The position numbers and the translations under genes are program-made. Below are positions 1-7,184 of a stretch of 51,061 bases of DNA, piece after piece. The notes under the pieces are model-generated. The model saw only the letters and a program-made list of their open reading frames with translations. It did not search any database and was not told where the DNA came from. Origin of the DNA: an uncultured Candidatus Saccharibacteria bacterium (GTDB lineage Bacteria; Patescibacteriota; Minisyncoccia; Minisyncoccales; JAHCRE01); NCBI GenBank assembly GCA_964354555.1, contig CAYHAF010000001.1, positions 1 through 51,061 on the forward strand, written 5' to 3'. The number at the start of each line of letters is the position of its first letter. Positions within the stretch are counted from its first letter, which is position 1.

Positions 1-929
1 TTTTTGTTTTTTCTTCTTCCAACTGATAAATCTTGGCGTATAAAATCTTCATTGCTTTCTCCCTGTTCTGGGCTTGCGATCTTTCACTTTGGCAGGAAAC
101 ATTAATACCGGTTGGCAGATGAATCATTCTTACTGCTGATTCAGTTTTATTGACATATTGACCACCAGGCCCTGAAGACTTAAATGTTTCTAATTTTAAA
201 TCACTCTGATTGATTTTAATTTCCGAATTTTCTCGCCCGCCTGAATTTTCTCCAGAAATTTTGGCGGGTAAAGGAATATCAGGCAAAACTTCAACTAAGG
301 CGAAAGAAGTGTGGCGTAGTTTTTTGGTTGAAAAAGGCGAAATCCTGACTAATCTATGGACCCCCGTTTCTTTTTTCAAAAAACCATAAGCCAAGTTTCC
401 CTTGATTTCTAAAGTTACTGATTTCGTTCCTATTCTACCTTCCGGTCCGCCGCCTTCGCCAAAAGACTGAGAAAGTATCTGGGTTTTGTATCCTTTTCTT
501 GTGCAGTATCTCTCATACATTCTAAGCAGCATTGTTACCCAGTCCTGGGCATCTTGTCCACCAGCTCCAGAAAAAATCTCTAAAATTGCGTTTCCCTTAT
601 CGTATTTGCCTGAAAGAAAAATTTCCAATTCTTCTGACCTAATCTTTTTTTCCAATCCCTGAATTCCTTTCTCAAATTTATCGTCCTGAACCGTTTTTAA
701 TTCCCCTACTTCTTTCTCTAATTCATCAATTTTTAATACTTTTTCCTCCAGATAAGCTATTTCTTGATTAATCTTAGCTGCCTCTTGAGGATCGTGCCAA
801 AAATCAGGATTTTGGGCCCTTTTTTGCAATTCTTCAAGTCTTTTTTTCTTATTATCTAAGTCAAAGACAGTCCATCAACTGATGGAACCTTTTTTCTAAT
901 TCTATTAATTTTTGAGCTGTTTCAGACAT
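1..929 (-). CDS. prfB: peptide chain release factor 2, 3' end runs off window, programmed +1 frameshift
   Basis: Manual translation from ATG at 929: [22 protein letters not shown], then in-frame TGA (861-863) inside CTTTGAC (860-866). The +1 frame continues [12 protein letters not shown]...RISPFS...[24 protein letters not shown] (SPF and GGQ motifs). Absent from the ORF track because of the frameshift and truncation. Confidence 0.9.
236..268. repeat. 33-nt palindromic insert (PE-F arms CCCGCC/GGCGGG), in-frame inside prfB
   Basis: CCCGCCTGAATTTTCTCCAGAAATTTTGGCGGG is exactly 11 codons ([11 protein letters not shown] on the minus strand), in the linker preceding the GGQ domain. The arms resemble those flanking tRNA-Met at 14226-14333. 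Confidence 0.7.
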
Positions 930-940
930 TTGTATCTCTA

Positions 941-1020
941 CCCAGTAGAGAAATTTTGACTCGCTAAGCAATATTAAGGTTTTCTAAAAGAAAACCTTTG
1001 TCAAAATTCTTCTACCTGGG
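941..1020. repeat. PE-C palindromic element in the prfB 5' leader
   Basis: Arms CCCAGTAGAGAAATTTTGAC (941-960) and GTCAAAATTCTTCTACCTGGG (1000-1020). Inner hairpin AAGGTTTTC/GAAAACCTT. Same arm family as 38330-38478. Confidence 0.75.
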
Positions 1021-1081
1021 TCTATTTTAGCAAAAATTTTGTAAATTAAAAGAGTAACTCTTCGGATTTGAACTCCAAATA

Positions 1082-1145
1082 ACCCCACCCTCTATGCTTG
1101 CAACTTGATTTTTACTAAAAATAACTAAAGCTTAGAAGGCGAGGT
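1082..1145 (-). repeat. degenerate PE-B hairpin next to a T-arm-like remnant (1060-1079)
   Basis: Minus strand reads ACCTCGCCTTCTAAGC ... GCATAGAGGGTGGGGT. All three arm differences from consensus are G.U-compatible only on the minus-strand transcript. Confidence 0.6.
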
Positions 1146-1226
1146 ATACAGGGCAAGCCAACAACTTAATATTGAGCTGACGGTCGGATTTGAACCGACA
1201 ACTTTACCCCCACACCTTAATTTCTG

Positions 1227-1383
1227 AGCCAGCGGTCGGAATCGAACCGACGGCCTACCCCGCCCTCTAAGCAAGCCGATGGGCAGAATCGAACTGCCAT
1301 CGATGGTTTACGAAACCATTGCTTTACCATTAAGCTACATCGGCATAAAGGGCGGGGTTGCTCTACCACTGAGCTATCCCAGC
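1227..1383 (-). pseudogene. middle split tRNA-like shell; anticodon arm replaced by the PE-B hairpin that contains tRNA-Thr
   Basis: GCTGGGA-TA-GCTC-AGTGGTA-GAGC-A then ACCCCGCCCT (1349-1358 on plus) ... AGGGCGGGGT (1257-1266), then AGGCC-GTCGG-TTCGATT-CCGAC-CGCTGGC-T. No anticodon loop. Acceptor only 5/7 pairable. Confidence 0.5.
1274..1344 (-). tRNA. tRNA-Thr(CGT)
   Basis: GCCGATG TA GCTT AATGGTA AAGC A ATGGT TTCGTAA ACCAT CGAT GGCAG TTCGATT CTGCC CATCGGC T. All four stems pair. 71 nt, no encoded CCA. Confidence 0.9.
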
Positions 1384-1532
1384 ATAAAAGGTGTGGGGGC
1401 TACGTTCCACTTCGCGAAACAGTTGCTCTACTATTGAACTACATCGGCACTATACGAAATTTATTTTATAAGTTTCGTCGTGCCCGATCAAAAATTTAAG
1501 TAATTAAATTTTTGATATAGGGCAAAAAATTA

Positions 1533-1603
1533 AGCGGGATACCAGGATCGAACTGGCGCCCCTTCCTTGGGAAGGAAGTGTACTACCACTATACTAATCC
1601 CGC
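1533..1603 (-). tRNA. tRNA-Gly(CCC)
   Basis: GCGGGAT TA GTAT AGTGGTA GTAC A CTTCC TTCCCAA GGAAG GGGC GCCAG TTCGATC CTGGT ATCCCGC T. Canonical cloverleaf, 71 nt. Confidence 0.9.
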
Positions 1604-2007
1604 AGTTTATTTTTTATCCACTCCCACCAATTTTTAGGATTCCATGGATTTTTAGTTTCTTCTTTCTTCTCTTCCGTCTTAATTTCCTCTGGCTCAGCCT
1701 GCTGGACTGAAACCACTTCTTCGCCTGGTTTCTTAAGACCTAATTTTTCCCTAGCTTCCTGTTCCAGGTAATTTTGATCTAAAACCTGAGAAACTCCAGC
1801 TTTTAATTCGGCATTCTTTTTTTCCTGAGTCTTGATTTCTTCTTCTAATTTAGCAATTTGAGACAAAAGGCTCTTTCGTCTCTGATTTATTTTTAAGTTG
1901 GAAAAAACCAAAAAAGCTATTCCTATAATAACCAAAACAGCTATAAAAATAGGAAAGATAATTTCCCGGCCTGAACTCTTTTTATTTTTCCTTGATTTTG
2001 TTAGCAT
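1594..2007 (-). CDS. septum formation initiator (FtsB/DivIC-like)
   Basis: ORF track 137 aa. N-terminal TM helix, coiled coil, and YLEQEAREKLGLKKPGE motif typical of the family. The 3' end overlaps tRNA-Gly by 10 nt. Confidence 0.7.
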   Translation of the reverse strand: MLTKSRKNKKSSGREIIFPIFIAVLVIIGIAFLVFSNLKINQRRKSLLSQIAKLEEEIKTQEKKNAELKAGVSQVLDQNYLEQEAREKLGLKKPGEEVVSVQQAEPEEIKTEEKKEETKNPWNPKNWWEWIKNKLRD

Positions 2008-2013
2008 AATATA

Positions 2014-2112
2014 ATGAAAGAAAATAGATTCAGGAGAATATTGATAATAATCGTGGCGATCGTAACAATCCTCGTTATGGTTTTACCTTTAGTTGCCTCC
2101 TTCTTTAAATAG
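2014..2112 (+). CDS. speculative 32-aa hydrophobic small ORF
   Basis: ATG...TAG encoding MKENRFRRILIIIVAIVTILVMVLPLVASFFK (single TM-like segment). Below the ORF-track length cutoff and no homology claim. Confidence 0.2.
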   Translation: MKENRFRRILIIIVAIVTILVMVLPLVASFFK

Positions 2113-2161
2113 TATAGAAAATTTAATGAATTTGTCAACCCATTCGATTCCACTCAGGGTT

Positions 2162-2184
2162 GACACTGAGCTTGTCGAAGTGTC
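2162..2184. repeat. PE-H hairpin, intergenic copy (stem GACACT/AGTGTC, loop GAGCTTGTCGA)
   Basis: The same 11-nt loop recurs at 41134-41144 (one substitution), 45675-45686 (1-nt longer) and 46555-46565. Overlaps a second hairpin GTCAACCC/GGGTTGAC (2134-2164). Confidence 0.65.
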
Positions 2185-2212
2185 AAAAGCCTAAAAGGGC
2201 TTTTTTGATTTT

Positions 2213-2237
2213 AATAAAAAACGGCTCTTTTGAGCCG
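2213..2237 (-). terminator. rho-independent terminator after the 125-aa gene
   Basis: Minus strand CGGCTC AAAA GAGCCG followed by TTTTTTATT. Confidence 0.5.
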
Positions 2238-2260
2238 AATTTGGTTTTTTATAAATCCAT

Positions 2261-2638
2261 TTATTTCGTCAATCCTTTCAATCTCTTTATTAGAAAGTCT
2301 CGTAACTCTGAAACATAGCTTATCGAAATATCATCGATCGTAGCGGAAATTTTAGAAAGGGCCTCTCTCAAATGAGGATCATCGCTCATTATTCCGCCCT
2401 TAATTTTGAGCATCTCACAAGCCATGCTAAATCGCGCATCTTCATCATTAAGTCCTTCCTCTCTTAATTCTAGATACCTAATCAAGATAGCTATTTCATT
2501 TTTGGTTAATTCTATTGTTCCTTTGCCATCACAATTTGGACATCTACCTCTTGTCACGCCTTCCCCAAGCACTCTTTCGCCCCTGGTATCGCAATGCCTG
2601 CAATCAATCTTTAATGGTGTTATTTCCTTTTTAAGCAC
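2261..2638 (-). CDS. small protein with DnaJ-type CxxCxGxG zinc-finger repeats
   Basis: ORF track 125 aa with CRHCDTRG and CPNCDGKG. GTG start preceded by GGAGGTG. Confidence 0.6.
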   Translation of the reverse strand: MLKKEITPLKIDCRHCDTRGERVLGEGVTRGRCPNCDGKGTIELTKNEIAILIRYLELREEGLNDEDARFSMACEMLKIKGGIMSDDPHLREALSKISATIDDISISYVSELRDFLIKRLKGLTK

Positions 2639-2711
2639 ATTATCACCTCCATTTTCAACGAACTATTTTGAACTATATCTAACTTAACAGATTATTTCAG
2701 ATAAATCAACT

Positions 2712-4517
2712 TTAACTCCTGAAGATTTCCAAAAACACCTTTTGGGGAATTCTGATTTCTCCCTTTTCCTTAAGCTCTCGCTTCCCTTTTTTCTGCTGTT
2801 CGAGTAATTTCCTTTTCCTTGTATAATCTCCTCCATAAAGAGGGGCAATAACATCCCTACCTTTGGCCCGCATGGTTTCTCTGGCGATAATTTTTCCGCC
2901 AATTATAGCCTGAATAGGAACCGAGAATAACTGGGAAGGCAAAATCTCTTTTAGTTTAGTCACTATTCTTTTCCCCTCTTCAAAAGCTTTGAAACTTGGG
3001 ACGATTCTGGAAAAAGCTTCTTCCTTTTTCCCGGCAATAAGAATTTCTAACTTTATCAAATCCCCTTTTTTGTATCCCAAAAGCTCATAGTTCATTGAAG
3101 CAAATCCTTTTGTTTGACCCTTCAATTTGTCAAAAAATCCAGCAATTATTTCACGCAGAGGAACCTCATAAATTAAAAATACTTTTTCCGGATTAAGATA
3201 CCTCGTTTCTACTTGCTTTCCTTCCAGACTTTCCAAAATTTCCAAGGTTTGGCCTAAAAAAATAGTTGGAGTTAAAACTTCCAATCTTGCCCAGGGCTCC
3301 TGGACTTCTTTTATTTTAAATGATTCCGGCCAATCAGCCGGATTGAAAATTAAAGTTTCTTTGTCTTTTAAATCAATAATATTATAAATTACGCTGGGAG
3401 TAGAAATCACTAATTCCAGATCGAATTCATTTTTTAATCTTTCGGTTACTATTTCAATATGCAAGTTGCCCAAAAACCCGCAACGAAATCCTCTGCCCAA
3501 ACCCTCCCTGATTTCTGGTTCAAAAGTAAAAGACGGGTCATTTAATTTTAATTTAGAAAGAGAATCTTTTAAGTTTTCAAACTCGCCTAAATCTTGAGGG
3601 TATAAACTGGCAAAAACAACCGGTTTTGGCTCCTGGTAGCCCGGCAAGGCTTCATTTTCAATTAATTTTGGATTTTGAATTTTGAGCTTTGAACTTACTA
3701 TCGTATCCCCTACCTTAACTTTTCCAGGTTCTTTAATCCCAGTGGCAATATAACCAATCTCCCCTGCTTTTAATTCTTGAGCTGGGGTAAATTTTGGATT
3801 AAAGAAACCAACTTCTTTTATTTCGCTTTCTATCTGTGAATGAATCAAATAAATTTTTTCTCCAGAACGAATTTTTCCGGAAAAAACTCTTACGAAAACA
3901 ATAATTCCTTTAAAAGAATCAAACTGGGAATCAAAAATCAGGGCTTTGAAAGAGCTTTCTGTCTCTATTTTGGGCGGAGGTGTTTTTTCAATTATCTCTT
4001 CTAAAAGTTCTTTTGTATTTAAGCCTTCTTTAGCCGAAACCGCCCGAATATTTTCTTCTGGAACCCCCAAAAGCTTGCTTAACTCTTTTTTTGTTTCTTC
4101 GGTTCTGGCTTCTGGAACGTCAATTTTATTAACAACAGGCAAAATTATTAAGTTTTGCTTTTTAGCCAATTCTAAATTATAAATGGTTTGAGCCTGAATG
4201 CCTTTTGTAGCATCCACTAATAAAACCGCTCCTTCAACAGCTGCTAAAGATCTTGAAACTTCGTAAGAAAAATCTACATGACCCGGAGTATCAATCAGAT
4301 TTAAGATATAAGATTTAAGATTGAAGTTATGGGTCATGCGGACCGGATGCATCTTAATGGTTATTCCCTTTCCCCTTTCTAACTCCATCACATTAAGAAA
4401 CTGAGGCCTCATCTCTTTCTCTTCAATAGTTTTAGTTAATTCCAAAAACCTGTCAGCCAGAGTTGATTTTCCATGATTAATGTGGGCGATAATAGTAAAA
4501 TTTCTAATGTTCTCCAT
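2712..4517 (-). CDS. lepA: elongation factor 4 (LepA)
   Basis: 601 aa. AHINHGKST, DTPGHVDF, NKID G-motifs and LepA C-terminal region. Confidence 0.95.
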   Translation of the reverse strand: MENIRNFTIIAHINHGKSTLADRFLELTKTIEEKEMRPQFLNVMELERGKGITIKMHPVRMTHNFNLKSYILNLIDTPGHVDFSYEVSRSLAAVEGAVLLVDATKGIQAQTIYNLELAKKQNLIILPVVNKIDVPEARTEETKKELSKLLGVPEENIRAVSAKEGLNTKELLEEIIEKTPPPKIETESSFKALIFDSQFDSFKGIIVFVRVFSGKIRSGEKIYLIHSQIESEIKEVGFFNPKFTPAQELKAGEIGYIATGIKEPGKVKVGDTIVSSKLKIQNPKLIENEALPGYQEPKPVVFASLYPQDLGEFENLKDSLSKLKLNDPSFTFEPEIREGLGRGFRCGFLGNLHIEIVTERLKNEFDLELVISTPSVIYNIIDLKDKETLIFNPADWPESFKIKEVQEPWARLEVLTPTIFLGQTLEILESLEGKQVETRYLNPEKVFLIYEVPLREIIAGFFDKLKGQTKGFASMNYELLGYKKGDLIKLEILIAGKKEEAFSRIVPSFKAFEEGKRIVTKLKEILPSQLFSVPIQAIIGGKIIARETMRAKGRDVIAPLYGGDYTRKRKLLEQQKKGKRELKEKGEIRIPQKVFLEIFRS

Positions 4518-6159
4518 CTTTACGAAATTGTTTTAAAACTGAGGAATAAATTGTTTTCAGCTCAGGCGATTTAAAATAAAGGGAGGGTAAGACGTAGAAA
4601 ACCACACCAGTAACCGCAGCAAAAACCGTCTGACTAAAAATTCCCAAAACAGTATGGGTGTCAACGAAAATAGCTACAATATAAAGACTGAGGTAAGTAA
4701 AAACTGTTAAAATAATACTGCTAAAAATAATCTTCTTAAGAGAAGTATAAATTTCCTTAGCTCTTAAATCCCCAACCTTTTTATAGAGAAAAAATAGCAA
4801 CAAAAGAAACTGGAATATCGCTGCAACAATATAGGCCAAAGATAGACCAACAACTGAAATATTATCAATTCCTTTTAGCTTGAGTACATTAATAATAAAG
4901 TTTTGAAACACATTGGAAAATTTTAAAATGTTGACAAAAAAGAAACTTAAAACAATGTTCAAAATAATTGAGAAAATGGCGATCAGAGTTGGAGTTTTGG
5001 TATCCTTAAGAGCGAAAAAAGCACGGAAAATAAAAGGGATTAGAGCTGAAGCTAAAATACCTATTGAAAAAATACCCAAAGAGGCCGCAGTCAGTCTTGT
5101 GGGTCCCCAATCAAATTTATTCGCTCCAAAAGTGCCGTAAACCAATCTAATTATTTGAGCTCTCAGAATAAAAATCAAAAGAGAAACCGGAATAACCAAA
5201 AAAAGAATCTGCCGGAAAGTTACGGAAAAATTATCAAAAAAATCTTTTTTCTGGCCGTTTGCCCAGTGCCGGGAAAGCGTCGGAAAAACAGCTATAGCAA
5301 AAGAGGTACCAATAATACCTATGGGGAATGAGAAGATTGCATTAGAGAAACTAAAGATGGCGATTCCACCGGAAATAGTCGAGGCAATAGCAGTAATCAC
5401 CATCAGGTTTATCTGCTGACCAGCCAAGGCAAAAACTCTCGGCACCATCAAATAGAAAATTCTTTTTATTGCCGGGAATTTGAAATCGAAAATGGGTTTA
5501 TAAGAAAAGCCGGAATTTATTACAGACGGAATCTGAATTATCCAGTGCAGAAAGGCACCGATAATCACACCATAGCCCAATCCTAAAACTCCGAATCTCG
5601 GCTCCAAAACAACCATGCCGAAAATTATGCCGAGATTATACAATATTGGCGCAATTGAATAGACAAGAAAACGATTAAAATACTGCAGAATTCCGGAAAA
5701 AACAGATGATAAGCCAAAGAAAATTGGGCTCAAAAACATAATTCTCGTCAGAGATACAACCTTAGCTTTATCTTCCAGAGAAAAACCGGGAGCAATAAAC
5801 CTGATAAGAACGGGGGTAAAAATAAAAAGAATTAGGGAAATCAAAAAAAGCAAAAATAAGAAAATATTCAAAACTAAATTTGTCATTTTCCAAGCCTCTT
5901 CCTTGTCTTTTGAGTAGTATTCCGAAAATATCGGCAAGAAAGCAATCCCCAATCCCCCGACGATCAACAAGTTGTAGACCAGATCAGGAATTCTGAAAGC
6001 AGCAAAATAGATATTTGATTCTGCTTTGATCCCGAATTTACCAGCCAAAATTATGTCGCTGACCAAACCTAAAATACCGCTAATCACAGCTGAAATTCCA
6101 AGCAAAATTGCGGCAAAAGTAACAGTCTTAGATTTTGAATTTAAAATTCTTTTTAACAT
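4504..6159 (-). CDS. murJ: lipid II flippase MurJ/MviN
   Basis: 551 aa polytopic membrane protein with MviN-like N-terminus (GLVSDIILAGKFG). Confidence 0.85.
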   Translation of the reverse strand: MLKRILNSKSKTVTFAAILLGISAVISGILGLVSDIILAGKFGIKAESNIYFAAFRIPDLVYNLLIVGGLGIAFLPIFSEYYSKDKEEAWKMTNLVLNIFLFLLFLISLILFIFTPVLIRFIAPGFSLEDKAKVVSLTRIMFLSPIFFGLSSVFSGILQYFNRFLVYSIAPILYNLGIIFGMVVLEPRFGVLGLGYGVIIGAFLHWIIQIPSVINSGFSYKPIFDFKFPAIKRIFYLMVPRVFALAGQQINLMVITAIASTISGGIAIFSFSNAIFSFPIGIIGTSFAIAVFPTLSRHWANGQKKDFFDNFSVTFRQILFLVIPVSLLIFILRAQIIRLVYGTFGANKFDWGPTRLTAASLGIFSIGILASALIPFIFRAFFALKDTKTPTLIAIFSIILNIVLSFFFVNILKFSNVFQNFIINVLKLKGIDNISVVGLSLAYIVAAIFQFLLLLFFLYKKVGDLRAKEIYTSLKKIIFSSIILTVFTYLSLYIVAIFVDTHTVLGIFSQTVFAAVTGVVFYVLPSLYFKSPELKTIYSSVLKQFRKDGEH

Positions 6160-6252
6160 TTTGATACTCTATTTTAATATTTTATCTTAATTTTGCCAAT
6201 CTTATAATCGTTATTCTACTATTGACAAAGACTCCAAAATTGTTAAAATATA

Positions 6253-6681
6253 GCTGTCCTAGTAAGTTGAGTGATTGCCCTAAACTTTCTGAAAAGAAAG
6301 TCGGGAGGAAAGTCCGAACTCTCCCCCGCCCTCTAAGCCTTATGTTTCTCCATCCATGTAAATCAACACAGGGCATAGAGGGCGGGGTAAAAAGATAGTG
6401 GCTAACAGCCATCCACCGTAAGGTGCGAGGTGCGAACAGAGACGCTGAGAGACGAAAGTCTCGAAGCGCCCAGTCGAATGACTGGGCGAGCCGAGCACAT
6501 AACTTGTTATGTGCTCGGGTGAAACGGCTAAATCCTTATTGAGTGCAAGAACAAACCAAAAGTTATCCGAATATGGAAAACTTTTGTGAAAAGTAGTTCG
6601 CTTGAGTCAAACTGTAAGGTTTGACCTAGAGTAATAATCACTTTAAAACAGAATTCGGCTTACGGACTTACTAAGGACACC
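6253..6681 (+). ncRNA. rnpB: RNase P RNA (bacterial type A-like), carrying an inserted palindrome
   Basis: GGGAGGAAAGTCCGAAC (P4 5' strand, 6303-6319) and ACAGAATTCGGCTTAC (P4 3' strand, about 6649-6664). P1 pairing TGTCCTAGTAAGT (6255-6267) with ACTTACTAAGGACA (6666-6679). GNRA-type loops GTAA and GAAA. Confidence 0.85.
6324..6387 (+). repeat. PE-B hairpin inserted in the RNase P RNA gene
   Basis: Perfect 12-bp arms CCCCGCCCTCTA/TAGAGGGCGGGG. Left arm is 15/15 and right arm 15/16 identical to the arms flanking tRNA-Thr (1258-1272, 1342-1357). Confidence 0.8.
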
Positions 6682-6716
6682 GAGCACATAAATTTTTATG
6701 TGCTCGGTTTGTTTTC
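6680..6716 (+). terminator. hairpin plus T-tract after rnpB; the stem duplicates an internal rnpB hairpin
   Basis: CCGAGCACATAA atttt TTATGTGCTCGG then TTTGTTTTC. The same 12-bp stem occurs at 6491-6518 inside rnpB. Confidence 0.5.
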
Positions 6717-6734
6717 AAAAAATCAATAATTTAT

Positions 6735-7184
6735 TTAAATCAGTTTTTGAACCTTGTCTTTGCTGTCCAGGGCTTGGTTTGCCAGCCTATCGGCTTCTTG
6801 ATTTTTTTCCCGCGAGATTAATTTAAATTTTATCTTTTTAAAATCAATTTTTAAATTCCAAGTTTCCAAAAATAAAGGTTGTATTTTTTCATCTAAAATT
6901 TTATATTCTCCGTTTAATTGATTAATTAAAAGCTCGGAGTCTGATTTTAATTCGATTTCTGTATTTTTAGCCAACTTGTTTCCGAAAAGAGCTTTAAACT
7001 TTTTTAAGGCTAAAATAACCCCTCTATACTCGGCTTCATTATTGGTAATGTTTTCACCCAAATATTCGGAATATTCCTTAAAAATCTGGCCTTTTTCATT
7101 GCAAAAAACAAAGCCCACTGCCGAAGGACCAGGATTTCCACGGGAGCCGCCATCAACAAATATTATAACTTTCTTCACCCCCAC
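6735..7184 (-). CDS. rnhA: ribonuclease HI
   Basis: 149 aa, DGGSRGNPGPSAVG motif. The GTG start lies inside the PE-A arm (7178-7187). Confidence 0.85.
   Translation of the reverse strand: MGVKKVIIFVDGGSRGNPGPSAVGFVFCNEKGQIFKEYSEYLGENITNNEAEYRGVILALKKFKALFGNKLAKNTEIELKSDSELLINQLNGEYKILDEKIQPLFLETWNLKIDFKKIKFKLISREKNQEADRLANQALDSKDKVQKLI

Larger units (their letters stand above)
1175..1448 (-). pseudogene. outer split tRNA-like shell (Thr-like 5' half, T-arm/acceptor 3' half), interrupted in the variable region by the PE-A clamp
   Basis: The 5' half GCCGATGTAGTTCAATAGTAGAGCAACTGTTTCGCGA is about 76% identical to the 5' half of tRNA-Thr at 1274-1344, but its anticodon stem does not pair. The 3' half is GTCGGTTCAAATCCGACCGTCAGCT. 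Clamp arms lie at 1390-1399 and 1207-1216. Acceptor pairing is 5 WC + 1 GU + 1 C.A. Confidence 0.55.

Noticed and set aside
860-866. UGA recoding (code 4 or 25) as the reason for the in-frame TGA in prfB
   Set aside because: The context is the exact CTT TGA C RF2 frameshift site, and the downstream RF2 sequence is in the +1 frame, not the 0 frame.
1175-1448. Archaeal-type bulge-helix-bulge introns or Nanoarchaeum-like split tRNAs as the explanation of the nested tRNAs
   Set aside because: The junctions do not form a 3-4-3 BHB motif. The middle shell has no anticodon loop at all. The genome is bacterial and no splicing endonuclease is visible in the window. This is kept only as a low-probability alternative.
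2684-2902. 72-aa ORF overlapping the lepA 3' end
   Set aside because: It is the same strand in a different frame inside a well-supported lepA. It has no motif.
6182-6412. 76-aa minus-strand ORF
   Set aside because: It lies antisense within the RNase P RNA gene and its palindromic insert. It has no coding features.
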